From: an uncultured Chloroflexia bacterium
Lineage (GTDB): Bacteria; Chloroflexota; Dehalococcoidia; UBA2979
Assembly: GCA_963728205.1 (NCBI GenBank)
Contig: CAVSIV010000006.1
Span: 800,001-864,000 of the forward strand
Length of the DNA: 64,000 nt
Reading direction: 5' to 3'
Below the pieces are notes generated by a model. It had not been told where the DNA came from. It did no database searches and saw only the letters and a list, made by a program, of their open reading frames with translations. Of this stretch, positions 22,661-33,571 are shown piece after piece. How positions within the stretch are numbered: position 1 is the stretch's first letter; each line of letters opens with the position of its first letter. The translations under genes and the position numbers were made by a program.

Positions 22661-25600
22661 AGTCCGCGGCAAACAGCTCCTCGACGTCGGACTCGCTCAG
22701 GTCGAACGCGGCGCCGGCCTCCGCGTCGAAGATGCCGGCGGCGAGGTGGCGCTTGCGGTCCTTCAGCGACTCGATCTTCTCCTCGATCGAGTCGGCGGCG
22801 ACGAGCCGGTAGACGAAGACGGGCTTGTCCTGGCCGATGCGGTGCGCGCGGTTCGTCGCCTGCTCCTCGGCGGCCGGGTTCCACCACGGGTCGTAGTGGA
22901 TCACCGTGTCGGCGGCGGTGAGGTTCAGGCCTACGCCGCCGGCCTTCAGGCTGACCAGGAACACCGGCACCGCGCCCGACTGGAACGCGCGGATCGCCGC
23001 CTCGCGGTCGCGCGTGTCGCCCGTGAGCAGCGCGTACCGCAGGCCGACCGCGTCGAGCGCCTCCTCGATCAGCGCCAGCATCGAGGTGAACTGCGAGAAC
23101 ACGAGCACGCGCCGGCCGTCCTCGACGAGATCCGGCAGCATCTCCAGCAGCCGGTCGAGCTTCGCCGATCGCGCGCGCGTCGCCTTCGCCGTCTCCAGCC
23201 GCAGCAGCCGCGGGTCGCAGCAGGCCTGGCGCATCTTCAGCAGCGCGTCGAGCACCACGATGTGGCTGCGCGCGAGGCCGTGCCCGGCGATCGCCCGGCG
23301 CACGCGCTCGTCCATCGCGAGGCGGACGCTCTCGTAGAGGTCGCGCTGCGCCGGCGCCATCTCCACGCGCTCCACCATCTCGGTGTTCGGCGGCAGCTCG
23401 CTCGGCGACCTCGCCCTTCGTGCGGCGCAGCAGGAACGGCCGCAGCCGCCGCGCGAGCCGGCGGCGACGGTCGACGTCGCCGTCGCGCTCGATCGGGCGC
23501 GCGCCACTGCTGGTTGAAGTGCTGGCGGTCCCCGAGGAAGCCCGGCGAGACGAACGCGAAGAGCGACCAGAGGTCGCCGAGGTGGTTCTCCATCGGCGTG
23601 CCGGTGAGGCAGAAGCGCTGGCGGGCCCGCAGCTCGCGCGCCGCCCGCGACACCGCCGCGTTCGGGTTCTTGATCGTCTGCGCCTCGTCCAGCACCACCG
23701 CGTGCCACTCACGCGCGCCCAGCACCGCCGCGTCGCGCGACAGCAGCGGGTAGGTGGTGACGACGACGTCGTGCTCGGCGATCGCGTCGAAGCGCGCGGC
23801 GCGGTCGGGGCCGTGCAGCACGAGCACGCGCAGCCCGGGCGCGAAGCGCGCCGCCTCGTCGCGCCACACCGACGCCACGCTCGTCGGCGCCACGATCAGC
23901 GACGGCCGGTCCGCGCGACCGCACTCCCGCTCGATCGCCAGGTGCGCCAGCGTCTGGACGGTCTTCCCCAGCCCCATGTCGTCCGCGAGCACCCCGCCGA
24001 GCCCCGCCGCCCCGAGCAGCTGGAGCCAGTCGACCCCGCGCGCCTGGTAGTCGCGGAGCGTCGCCCCGAACCACGCCGGCGGCTCGACGTGCGGGATCCC
24101 GTCCGCGCCGCGCAGCGTCGCGCCGAGCGACCGCAGCCGCTCGCCGCCCTGCCACTCGACGCCGGCGCCGGCCTCCTCCTCCGCCAGCGCCAGCTCGGCG
24201 GCGCTGCGCGTCGAGAGCCGCACCGTGCCGTCGCCGGCGTCCACCAGCCCGGCGTCGAACAGCTCGCGCAGCGCGCGGGCGATCGCCCACAGCCGGCGCG
24301 CCGGCAGCGCGAGCGTGCGGCCGTCGGGCAGCGGCACGAAGCTCAGGGCGTCGTCCTCGGGCGGGTCGCCGGCCAGCAGCGCGTCGAAGCGGCGCGTCGC
24401 GATCAGCTGCACCAGCGGCTCGGTCAGATCCACGCGCTCGCCGTCGACCACGACGCCCAGGTCGAGGTCGAACCAGTCGATGCCCGTCGTCTCGTCGAGG
24501 CGCGCCTCGAGCGGCCCGTCCGCGCGGACGACGTGCACCGGGAAGTCGGGCGCGACCGCGACCTCCCACCCCTCCGCGCGGAGGACCGGCGCGTCCCGCG
24601 CGAGGAAGCGCAGCCAGGCGTCATCGCCGCCGCCGCGGACGGTCATGTCCCCGGGCTCGACGCCCGCGGCCGCGTACGGTCCGGGCTCGGGAAGCGGCTG
24701 CAGGCCGAGGCGGCGCAGGCGCTGGTGCGCCGCGCGCTCGGCCGCCGTGTCGCGCTCGACCTCGATCATGCGCTGGTCGCGCACGAAGCGATCGCGGTCG
24801 CGGCTCTCGTGCGCCGGGATCGTCGCCGCGCCGTACCGGAACGCCAGGCGCGCGACCGGGACCGGGCCGGGACGCCACGCCGCCCACGCGGGGGCGAACG
24901 GCGGCGGCTGCACCGTCAGCAGCAGCTGCGGCGCCGGCGGTCCCGCGACGTGCTCCATCGGCTGCAGCGGCGGCGGCTGCAGCGCGGCCAGCGTCGGCAG
25001 CCGGGCGGCCAGCGCCGAGCCCAGGAGCTGCTCGCGTCCGGCCGGCACCGGCGGCGCCGCGAAGAGCGCCTCCGCGACGCGCGGCGAGAGCCCGGTGTCG
25101 AGCGGCCCCGCCAGCCCGGCGCCCGCGTCGACGTACCACGGCGGCGCGAGGCACACCGCCTCGACGCGCGGCCGCGCCGTCTCCGCCGCAGCGCGGCGCG
25201 TGCCGTGCGCGCCGCGGTCAGTGGCAGCGTCCCCGCCGCGGTCATCGCCGGCCGGCTCGCCGTCGTGCGCGCCGCGCGCATCGCCGGCCGGCTCGCCGTC
25301 GACGACGTCGAACTCCAGGTGCTGCGCCGCGTCGTCGCCCAGCCGCCAGCGCGGCCGCGCCGTCCGCGGCTCGCCGCGGGCGAGCGCGGGGCCGGCCAGG
25401 TCGCCCCACCGCGCGCGCCCCGTCGCGAGGATCGCGTCGAGCACGCGCGCGCCCTCCTCGCCGGCGAGTGCGATCGCGTCGGTGCCGTAGTAGACGCGGC
25501 GCGCGATCCCGTCGAGCCCGGCGAGGATGGCGTGATCCGAGCGCCGCAGGAACCGCGCCGGCGTGCCCTGGACCGCCTGCACCGGGCGGTAGGGCGTGAC

Positions 25601-26257
25601 GCGATCGGAGAACGTCCCGTCCTTGAGCAGCCGCACCGACAGCGGCCGCACGACGAGCCGCGGGGTGCCGCGCGGCGCGGGCCGCCGCAGCTCGAGGACG
25701 TAGATCAGCCGCTGCCGGATCTCCGGCGGGTACGCCTCGCCCTCGGACGCGGACGCCGCCGTGACCTCGTCGAGCCAGGCCGCGAGGTCCGCGCCCAGCG
25801 CCGGCGTCTCGCGGCGCGCCGCCGGCTCGCGGTCGGCCGCGTCGTCCGCCGGCTGCTCGCCGGACGGCGGCGGCGTTCGCGGCGGGACGGCACTCGCGTC
25901 GGGCTCCCCCGCGTCCCGGATCGACGCCAGCAGCGTCGCCGCGATGTGCTTGCAGTCGAGCTGCATCGGGCAGGTGCACGACCCGCGAATCAGCCACCCG
26001 CCGACGCGCCGCGGCCGCACCACGATCGAGACGTTGTACGGCGCCCGCCGGCTGCCCTGCACCTCCGCGTCGACGAACGTCGCGTCGTCGACGTCCTTCA
26101 CCCGGACCCGCGAGACGCGCCCGTCGCGCCGGTAGGCTTCGCCGCGCTCGACGGCCGACCGCGGCAGCGCGCGCTCCACGTCCTCGCGCGACAGCGGCGC
26201 GGGGCCGGAGGGCGGCGTGTCACGGCGCGAGTACCCGCGGCGGCGAGCGGGGGTCAT
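22659..26257 (-). CDS. SWIM zinc finger / SNF2-family helicase (two apparent frameshifts at ~23495 and ~23405)
   Basis: [72 protein letters not shown] spread over three frames. Confidence 0.9.
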
Positions 26258-26351
26258 CAGGCACAGTCCGGAGCAGGGGCGGCGAGTCGGATCCCGGGCA
26301 TACACGAGCAGCCTAGCGGATCGGCGCGCGGCGGGATGAAGAGGCGGCCGG

Positions 26352-26762
26352 CTACTCCGGCAACAGCCGGTACGGCCGTCCGTCGCGCGACCGCAGCGTA
26401 GAGAAGTGGCGGCGGTCGAGCGTGACGATCAACTCCGTCCCAAGCCGATCGGCGAGCACGGCGACGGATGCGTCGGTGCCACCCAGCGGGAAATCCCCGG
26501 AACGCTCCACGAGAGCCGCGATCATCTCCCACTCACCGGACGCCGGCGGCTCGACCTCGAGGCGCGCCAGACCGCGCAGGAATGCCCCCTCCACCGATGG
26601 ACCGAGTCGCCGCCCGACGAGGTACGTGACCTCGGCGATGACCAGCGCCGGGACGACGAGGTCGAGGTCCGCGCGCTGCAGCACCTCGACACAACGGCGG
26701 TGATCCTGGTCGTCCGCGTCGACCGCCGCGTAGAGCGGTCCGGCATCAACGACCGCGATCAT
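26352..26762 (-). CDS. VapC/PIN-domain toxin
   Basis: VVDAGPLYA...D.DH, IAEVTY, DASV, TLDRRHF. Confidence 0.85.
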   Translation of the reverse strand: MIAVVDAGPLYAAVDADDQDHRRCVEVLQRADLDLVVPALVIAEVTYLVGRRLGPSVEGAFLRGLARLEVEPPASGEWEMIAALVERSGDFPLGGTDASVAVLADRLGTELIVTLDRRHFSTLRSRDGRPYRLLPE

Positions 26763-26985
26763 TCCCGACCCACTCGGCGTCGAGAATCGCCTCGATGTCG
26801 CGCGCCGTGGAGTGATGACCGCTGCGACCGAGGGCGATAAACGGGAGATCGCGGTGCTTGCCGCGGCTCAGTCGGGCCTCGATCGCTTCGCGCGCAACCT
26901 GCGAGACGCCGACGCCGCGCCGTCTCGCCTCACGCTCGAGTGCGGCGGCGAGGTCATCGGGCAGACTGATCGTGGTGCGCTTCAT
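26746..26985 (-). CDS. ribbon-helix-helix antitoxin
   Basis: MKRTTISLPDDLAAALEREARRRG.GVSQVAREAI; overlaps the PIN gene. Confidence 0.82.
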   Translation of the reverse strand: MKRTTISLPDDLAAALEREARRRGVGVSQVAREAIEARLSRGKHRDLPFIALGRSGHHSTARDIEAILDAEWVGNDRGR

Positions 26986-27087
26986 ACACGCATACTAGCA
27001 CACGATGGCCCGTGTCCCCGCGGCAGGTGTCGAAGCGTGCCGGGACAGCGGCTGCTCAGGGGCCGGGGGTCGCCACCTCGTGGTGGC

Positions 27088-27133
27088 TGAGGCGCCCACT
27101 GCACACGGCGGGCCTGAAGCCCGCCGCGCGCCC
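27088..27133 (+). repeat. REP family 3 copy (GCGGGC-CTGAA-GCCCGC hairpin)
   Basis: 44/46 nt identical to 47357-47402. Confidence 0.75.
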
Positions 27134-27209
27134 AGGCGGCGGCGGATACGCCGCCGACGGGTCGCGGCCAGAAGGCCGCGTCGATGTCGGCGGCGTGTCT
27201 GCCGCCGCT
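27132..27209. repeat. REP-1 inverted pair (variant)
   Basis: GCGGCGGCGGATACGCCGCCGAC ... TGTCGGCGGCGTGTCTGCCGCCGCT. Confidence 0.75.
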
Positions 27210-28039
27210 TAGCTCACGCGCTCCGCGCGCACGACCACGCGGTCGCTGTACGAGTGCGTCTGGAAGTCGAAGTCGCCGCCGCAGGTGTAGAGCGTGATCG
27301 AGTCGACCGACACGTCGCTGCTCCAGATCGACGCCCAGTCGTTGTAGGACTCGCTCAGCTTCTTCGTCCACGCCACCGCGTACTTCAGCTGCTGGCCGTT
27401 GTAGTCGACCTCGATGATGTCGCCGGGCGACAGCAGCCGCAGGCCCGAGAAGATGCCGGGGCCGCGGTAGTACGAGTTGTCCGCGTAGGGCACGTGCGCC
27501 GCGTAGTCGACGTGGCCCGAGAAGATCGCGTTGCCGCCGGAGCCCGGCGCGCCGCCCATGCCGGGGAAGAGGCGCAGGTCGTACCAGGTCACCTCGACCG
27601 GGTTGTAGGGCGCCGTCATCACCGCGTCGGAGCCGACCAGTGCCGACCGCACCGGGCCGTCCACCCCGAGCACCGGGATCTTGAGGCGCGCGTAGCCGGC
27701 GTCGGGCGGGTCGCCGAACTGCTTCACCAGCGCGTCGAGCGTCGTGATCGTGCCCGGGTCCTGCGTGGCGTCGGCCGCCGGCGTGGCGCTGCCGGTCCCC
27801 GACGGGGTCGCCGTCCCGGTCCCGCCCGCCGTGGCCGACGGGCTGCCCGACGCCGCCGGCGTCGCGGTCGCCGTGCGGACGCTCACGCCGTCGGCGGAGC
27901 CCTTCGAGCACGCCGCCGCGAGCAGCGCGACGGCCGCGAGCGCCGCCAGCGCCGCGACGAGCGGCAGGCGGCCAAGACGACGGCGAAGGGGGGCGGGGTC
28001 GGTGTCCTGCGCATCCTGCCGCGGCGTGACGGGCGCCAT
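27209..28039 (-). CDS. class F sortase, lipoprotein
   Basis: lipobox LAAAC; VTWY, GNAIFSGHVD (His), IF..L..L.PGD.I, ITLYTCGG (Cys), YSDRVVV (Arg). Confidence 0.88.
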   Translation of the reverse strand: MAPVTPRQDAQDTDPAPLRRRLGRLPLVAALAALAAVALLAAACSKGSADGVSVRTATATPAASGSPSATAGGTGTATPSGTGSATPAADATQDPGTITTLDALVKQFGDPPDAGYARLKIPVLGVDGPVRSALVGSDAVMTAPYNPVEVTWYDLRLFPGMGGAPGSGGNAIFSGHVDYAAHVPYADNSYYRGPGIFSGLRLLSPGDIIEVDYNGQQLKYAVAWTKKLSESYNDWASIWSSDVSVDSITLYTCGGDFDFQTHSYSDRVVVRAERVS

Positions 28040-28221
28040 CGACGATCCTCCTGTGCGACGCCCCCGCCACCCGGCGACCGGGTCATCGACCGGGCGCACG
28101 GAGCGGCGCGCGGGTCGGCTGGTCGATGCCCTCGGGGCGACTCTATCGGGTCTATCGGGAATACGGTCGTTCCATCCTAGCGCGGGTCGCGGGTTGGTTC
28201 ACCGGGCGCCTGCGCCTCCGC

Positions 28222-28328
28222 CCACAGCGGCGGCAGACATGCCGCCGACAGGCCGCGGGCGTCGGCCCGCGTCCGGTGCGCGCCTCGCGGCCCGCAGTCC
28301 GTCGGCGGCATGTCTGCCGCCGCTGTGG
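28222..28328. repeat. REP-1 inverted pair (REPIN-like)
   Basis: CCACAGCGGCGGCAGACATGCCGCCGACAG ... GTCGGCGGCATGTCTGCCGCCGCTGTGG. Confidence 0.9.
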
Positions 28329-28346
28329 GCGGAAGCGCTGCCTGCA

Positions 28347-29060
28347 TCACCGCGCCACGAACACGATCGTCCCGGCGAGCACCATCTGCGACGGGTACGC
28401 CGCGTCGAACGCCGCGCGCGCGAACGGGGGCGCCCCCGGGATCAGCACGTTCGCCTTGCCGCCGTCGAACGTCGTCACCGACATCCCGCCGGCGGCCAGC
28501 GTCGCCGCGGCGAGCTGAGCGACCGTGCCGCCCGTCCACACCGCGGGGTTGATCCCGCGCGCGGTGAGCGGCCGGTCGAACGTCGCCAGGCCGCCCGAGG
28601 CGGGCAGGTACACCGTGACCGTCGCCGGCGCCGACGTCACGCCGCCGTTCGAGAAGGCGTAGGTGAAGGCGTCGAGCCCCGCCGCCCCGACGTTCGGCGT
28701 GTAGTCGACGCTCGCCGTGCACACCACCAGCACCGGCGGCTGCCCCGTCGGCGGCTGCGCCGGCACCGTGCAGCTCGGCGCGCCCATGCCCGAGAGCGTG
28801 CCGAAGTGCGGACCGGCGACGATGGCGAACGCCGGGTGGTCGGCGGGCACGGCCGAGTCGGAGCCGTCGAACGTGACCGTCACCGGCTGCGGCGGCGTCG
28901 TGGACGCGATGGTCAGCTGGGCGTCGTGAGCGACCGGCGCGGGCGTCGGGGTGACGGCGAGGGCGGCGGACGGCCCGCCGGCGCCCGCGAGCAGCAGCAG
29001 CGCCGCGACCACCGCGCCGGCCGCGAGGGCGATTCGGATGACGGGGAAGCCGTGCCGCAC
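28347..29060 (-). CDS. secreted protein: Ig-like domain plus conserved C-terminal 'FDR...GGTV...PGAP' domain
   Basis: signal peptide; YTPN..G.DAFTY...NGG..S..ATVTV Ig-like motif; shared C-terminus. Confidence 0.8.
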   Translation of the reverse strand: MRHGFPVIRIALAAGAVVAALLLLAGAGGPSAALAVTPTPAPVAHDAQLTIASTTPPQPVTVTFDGSDSAVPADHPAFAIVAGPHFGTLSGMGAPSCTVPAQPPTGQPPVLVVCTASVDYTPNVGAAGLDAFTYAFSNGGVTSAPATVTVYLPASGGLATFDRPLTARGINPAVWTGGTVAQLAAATLAAGGMSVTTFDGGKANVLIPGAPPFARAAFDAAYPSQMVLAGTIVFVAR

Positions 29061-29165
29061 CTGGACCTCCGCCCGTGCAGGTCGAACCGTATCAGCCTAA
29101 CGCGCGAACCGGGCGATCCGTTCCGGCGGGCACGGGATTGGGTGGGCGGCCCGGCCGCCGGTCGC

Positions 29166-29326
29166 CGCAGCGGCGGCAGACATGCCGCCGACAGCCCGGC
29201 GGCGCGCGCCGCCGGCGCGCGGGACGCGCCCGCGTTCCGACGAGCCCCTCGTGTGAGAGAGGCTGCGACGCGAATCGCGGCCCAGCGGGCCGCGATTTGT
29301 CGGCGGCATGTCTGCCGCCGCTGTGG
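29166..29326. repeat. REP-1 inverted pair
   Basis: two inverted copies of the REP-1 consensus. Confidence 0.88.
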
Positions 29327-29423
29327 GTTGCGCGAGCAGACCGCGGATTGCGCCGCGATGTGCCATGGGTGCGATATTCTGATTTTCAGAATTACCAGCA
29401 GACACGCGCCGCGGAGGCCCCGC

Positions 29424-29699
29424 ATGCCAGACGCTCCGGCCCGACACAAAGTGGTCAGAACCCTCGCGCGAGGGCAGGTCACCATCCCCAACGAATTCCG
29501 CCGCGCACTCGGGATCGAAGCCGAGACGATGCTCAGCGTCACGCTCGTCGGCGACCACCTCGAGATCGCCCCCGTGCGGGTCCCGAGCGACCTGCGCCGG
29601 TACACGGACGAGGACATCGCCCGCTTCCTCGAAGAGGATCGCCTCGACGAAGAGACGGCGAGGCGCGTCCGCAAGCTCATCGAGCGCGGCTCCAGCTAG
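29424..29699 (+). CDS. AbrB/MazE-family antitoxin
   Basis: RGQVTIPNEFRRALGI. Confidence 0.82.
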   Translation: MPDAPARHKVVRTLARGQVTIPNEFRRALGIEAETMLSVTLVGDHLEIAPVRVPSDLRRYTDEDIARFLEEDRLDEETARRVRKLIERGSS

Positions 29700-29700
29700 C

Positions 29701-30141
29701 GTGGCGCCGGCACGGGGACTCGTCTTCCTCGACGCGAGCGTCCTCGTCGCCGCCGCGCACTCCCCCACCGGCGGCTCCGCCGCCGCGCTGCTGGTGTGCG
29801 GAGGGCCGCGCTTTCGCGGCGCTGTCACGATGCGCGTGCTCGAGGAGGCGCGCCTGAACGTCGCCGAGAAGTTCCCCGGCGGGGATCTCGCGCGGTTCTA
29901 CCAGCAGCTCGCGGCGCTCGAGCCGGAGATCGTTCCGCCGCCGCCGGCGGAACTCCTCGCCGAGTGCGTTCCGCTGACCACGGAGAAGGACGCCCACGTG
30001 CTCGCCGGCGCGCTCGGCTGCCGCGCCGCGTACCTGCTCACGCTCGACCGCCGCCACCTGCTGACGCGCGCGGTGGGCGAGGCGGCCCTGTCGACGCGCG
30101 TGCTCACGCCGGGCACGTTTCTGCAGGAGCTGCTGGCGTAA
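29701..30141 (+). CDS. PIN-domain toxin
   Basis: VFLDASVLVAAA.S..GGS, KDAHVLAGA, YLLTLDRRH. Confidence 0.82.
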   Translation: MAPARGLVFLDASVLVAAAHSPTGGSAAALLVCGGPRFRGAVTMRVLEEARLNVAEKFPGGDLARFYQQLAALEPEIVPPPPAELLAECVPLTTEKDAHVLAGALGCRAAYLLTLDRRHLLTRAVGEAALSTRVLTPGTFLQELLA

Positions 30142-30151
30142 GCCCGGCGCC

Positions 30152-30620
30152 GCACAGCGGCGGCAGACATGACGCCGGCAGGTGCACGGCGCGAGCCGCG
30201 CGGTGGCCTGCGGTTGCGTCGGCGGCGGACGCCGCCCGTCTGTCGGCGGCATGTCTGCCGCCGCTGTGGACGGAACGGTGACCGCCGCGGCGGCCTGCGG
30301 TTGCGTCGGTGGCGGACGCCGTCCGTCTGTCGGCGGCATGTCTGCCGCCGCTGTGGACGGAACGGTGACCGCCGCGGTGGCCTGCGGTTGCGTCGGTGGC
30401 GGACGCCGCCCGTCTGTCGGCGGCATGTCTGCCGCCGCTTTGGACGGAACGGTGACCGCCGCGGCGGCCTGCGGTTGCGCCGGCGGCGGACGCCGCCCGT
30501 CTGTCGGCGGCATGTCTGCCGCCGCTGTGGACGGAACGATGACCGCCGCGGCCGCCTGCGGTTGCGTCGGTGGCGGACGCCGTCCGTCTGTCGGCGGCAC
30601 ATGTCTGCCGCCGCTGTGGG
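30152..30620. repeat. one REP-1 followed by five inverted REP-1 copies in 87-bp tandem units
   Basis: REP starts at 30240, 30327, 30414, 30501, 30588. Confidence 0.9.
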
Positions 30621-30647
30621 CGGCCGCCGCGGCGCGCGTGCCGGCAG

Positions 30648-31478
30648 CTACAGGATCGTGACGAGCACCACCGTGTTCGCCGGCACGTCGTCGCCGGGGA
30701 ACGCGAGCGCGAAGCCCTGGTTCACGAACGCCGGCGCGCCGACCACCAGCACCACCGGCACGCCGTTCACGTACGCCGTCACCGACGTCGCCCCGGCGGC
30801 GGCGGCCGCGGACTCCACCTGCTCCACCGTCCCGCCCTGCCAGATGGCCGCGTTCACGCCGGTCAGCGTCAGCGGCCGGTCGAACGTGCCGGGGCCGCCG
30901 GTCGGCGCCGGCGTCCCCGTGGCGGTCGCGGTGGGCGTGGCCGTGGCGGTCGCCGACGGGGTCGGCGTGGCCGTCGCCACCGTCGACGGCAGCGTGATCG
31001 AGATCGTCGCGAAGTTCGAGGTCAGCCCGCCGTTGGTGAACGTGAAGCCGAACGCGTCGGTGCCGATGGCGTTCGCCACCGGCGTGTACTTCACCTCGGC
31101 CGTGCAGGAGATCGACGTCGACGCGCCGCTCTGCGGCACGTTCTGCGTGCACGTCACCGCCGCGATCGGCGCGAGCGTGCCCTTCGCCGGGAAGCTCGCG
31201 ATCGCGAACGACGGGTCGTTCGCCGCCGCCTGCTGCGACGCGTTCAGCACCACCGTGACCGGCGCCGGCGGATACGTCGACCCGATCGTGATCGACCCGT
31301 CCTGCGCGACCGGTGAGCCCGGCGCCGGCGTCGCGGTCGGGGTCGCCGTCGGCGTCGCGGTGGCGGTGGCGGTCGGAGTCGGCGTGGGTGTCGGCGTCTG
31401 CGCGCCGGTCAGCGCGGGCAGCGCGACGAGCAGCGCCAGCGCGACCACGGCGCCGGCGAACGGGATGCGATAGCGCAT
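30648..31478 (-). CDS. secreted protein: PT linker, Ig-like domain, conserved C-terminal domain
   Basis: signal peptide, paralog of 28347-29060, GTFDRPL...GGTVEQV...VGAPAFVN...NTVVLV. Confidence 0.82.
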   Translation of the reverse strand: MRYRIPFAGAVVALALLVALPALTGAQTPTPTPTPTATATATPTATPTATPAPGSPVAQDGSITIGSTYPPAPVTVVLNASQQAAANDPSFAIASFPAKGTLAPIAAVTCTQNVPQSGASTSISCTAEVKYTPVANAIGTDAFGFTFTNGGLTSNFATISITLPSTVATATPTPSATATATPTATATGTPAPTGGPGTFDRPLTLTGVNAAIWQGGTVEQVESAAAAAGATSVTAYVNGVPVVLVVGAPAFVNQGFALAFPGDDVPANTVVLVTIL

Positions 31479-31572
31479 GAGCGACTCCGAACGGCTGCCC
31501 CCGCCGAGGCAATCCTACACCCACAACGGATCAGGTTCCCGATCCGTTCCGCCTGGCGTGGCTCCGCGGCAG

Positions 31573-31684
31573 CCACAGCGGCGTCAGACAGCCGCCACAG
31601 GCCGGCGCCCGCAAGGCGCCGCGGGTCGCGGCCGCTCCCGTCGCCCATCTGTCGGTGCCCCTTCGGCTCCGCTCAGGGCAGGCT
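31573..31684. repeat. degenerate REP-1 plus a CCCTTCGGCTCCGCTCAGGGCAGGC element
   Basis: CCACAGCGGCGTCAGACAGCCGCCACAG; the second motif resembles a widespread intergenic palindromic repeat (from recall). Confidence 0.5.
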
Positions 31685-31964
31685 GAGTCTCACGCCGCTC
31701 TGGCGAATCAGGCGTCGACGGCTACCGCCGACCGCGATCGCGCAGTCCCTGAGATCAACCCCGCTGCGTCTGCCTGCTCGTGAAGGCGGTCGTGGCGGCG
31801 ATCCGGACACCGAGCCGAGAAAGTCGTCCGGCCCCGGACGCGATGTGGCCAGAGGATGATCGAGCGCTTGCACAGGGCGCCCAGGTCTGACGCCTCGTTG
31901 GGCCGCGAGATGGTACACTGCGAGCGTGGCACTGATGCCACGCTCCGATCGAAGGGCTCACAAG

Positions 31965-32303
31965 ATGCCGAAACGATCAGCCGCCAACTTCCACAAGCGC
32001 ATGCTCGCCGCACGCATGCGGGATCCCGAGTTTCGCCAGGAGTACCAGCGTGCGCGGCGCGAGATCGACCAGGTCGATGCCGTGATCCGGCAACTTGACC
32101 GCCTTCGCGAAGAGGCCGGCATCTCGAAGGCCGCCCTCGCACGCAACATCGGCCGCGACCCGTCGAGCATCCGCCGGCTGTTCACCGCAAGCGGCAATCC
32201 CGAGCTGCTGCTCGTGGCCTCCATCGCCGAAGACCTCGACGCCGAGATCCGCGTGGTCCCACGCAAACGCGCTCGTGGGCAAGGCGATCCATCTGCGGCC
32301 TGA
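31965..32303 (+). CDS. XRE/HTH antitoxin
   Basis: RMRDPEFRQEY, LREEAGISKAALARNIG....IRRL....NP. Confidence 0.78.
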   Translation: MPKRSAANFHKRMLAARMRDPEFRQEYQRARREIDQVDAVIRQLDRLREEAGISKAALARNIGRDPSSIRRLFTASGNPELLLVASIAEDLDAEIRVVPRKRARGQGDPSAA

Positions 32304-32335
32304 CCTGCCTGCAATCAACGAACGGCCGCGCTCCG

Positions 32336-32755
32336 TTGACATGGGACACCGTCTACTACGCAGCAAGCGACGGCAGCGTGCCCGCGGCGGACTTCCTCGA
32401 CCGCTGCCCGTCCCGGGTTGCTGCGACGATCCTGGCGGTACTCGACGCCGTCGCCACCGCACCGCCGCCCCAATTCTCCGGCGGCGGCAGGTGGGAAGCC
32501 ATGCACGGCGAGATGCACGGCTACTACGAAGTGCGCACGACCCGTCCCGGCCGCGAGCACTTCCGGCTGTTCTGCCTCCTCGAGAATGGCACTCCAACGG
32601 AGCTGGCTCGACGCGGACTCGACGGACCGGCGATCGCCGTGCTTACGGGAATGCGCAAGCCCTCGCGCACGACGTTCAGCGCCCACGACTACGCGGCCGT
32701 GCACCGGATCGGCGAAGACCACCGGTCGAAGTTCCCGCGTCGCCTCGCCGTCTAG
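32336..32755 (+). CDS. RelE/ParE-like (Gp49-like) toxin
   Basis: YYAASDGSVPAADFLD, MHGYYEVR....REHFRLF, VLTGMRK. Confidence 0.72.
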   Translation: MTWDTVYYAASDGSVPAADFLDRCPSRVAATILAVLDAVATAPPPQFSGGGRWEAMHGEMHGYYEVRTTRPGREHFRLFCLLENGTPTELARRGLDGPAIAVLTGMRKPSRTTFSAHDYAAVHRIGEDHRSKFPRRLAV

Positions 32756-32946
32756 CCGAACGGCCGGCGGTGTGAAAGTGAACCGCTGCCACCCGGCCGC
32801 CGCCCGCGGGCCAGCGGCGCCTGCGGGCGCCGACATGCGGCATCACGCGCGACATGGGTGCGCCGATCGCTCCCCTGGAGGCTTGCCGAACGAGCAAACA
32901 GCCCTCGCGGTGCGCGGGGCCAGGGTCCGCGAGTTATACTGGCGGT

Positions 32947-33186
32947 ATGAAGACCGCCATCTCCCTGCCCGACGAGCTCTTCGAGGCCATGGAACAACTC
33001 GTTCGCCGCTCCGGTGGCAGCCGGAGCGAGCTGTACGCCTCCGCCCTCCGCGAGTACGTGCAGCGCCACTCGCCGGATGCGGTCACAGAGGCGATGAACG
33101 AGACCCTCCGCCAGCTGAACGGCGAGTCCGGCTACGACTTCAGCAGTACGGCAGCGCAACGCATCCTGGCGGACAGCGAGTGGTGA
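32947..33186 (+). CDS. ribbon-helix-helix antitoxin
   Basis: MKTAISLPDELF...SRSELYASALREY; TATACT 6 nt upstream. Confidence 0.82.
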   Translation: MKTAISLPDELFEAMEQLVRRSGGSRSELYASALREYVQRHSPDAVTEAMNETLRQLNGESGYDFSSTAAQRILADSEW

Positions 33187-33530
33187 TCTCGCAGGGCGAG
33201 ATCTGGTGGGCGGACCTTCCCGCACCATCCGGGTCAGCGCCCGGCTTCCGTCGCCCCGTGCTGGTCGTCCAGGGCGACGACCTCAATCGCAGCGACCTCC
33301 GGACGGTGATCTGCGTCGCCCTCACCAGCAACCTGCGGTGGGCAGGAGCACCGGGCAACGTCGTCCTTCCCGCCAGTACGTCCCGCCTCCCCAGGGATTC
33401 CGTGGTCAACGTCTCGCAGATCGTCACGCTCGATCGCGAGGCATTGACGGACCGGGTTGCGCGGATTCCACGACCAACGCTCGCGGTCGTGCTCGCGGGG
33501 ATCGACGTCGCACTCGGAAAGCCGCGCTGA
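33180..33530 (+). CDS. MazF/PemK-family toxin
   Basis: ISQGEIWWADL...PGFRRPVLVVQ.D..N, LTSN, DSVVNVSQIVTLDR. Confidence 0.88.
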   Translation: MVISQGEIWWADLPAPSGSAPGFRRPVLVVQGDDLNRSDLRTVICVALTSNLRWAGAPGNVVLPASTSRLPRDSVVNVSQIVTLDREALTDRVARIPRPTLAVVLAGIDVALGKPR

Positions 33531-33571
33531 CCGGGGAGGTTGCCGGTCCCCCCGGCTGCCCGCCGCCGCGC

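Noticed and set aside
30197-30620. CRISPR-like repeat-spacer pattern
   Set aside because: The intervening sequences are near-identical to each other, so this is a tandem duplication
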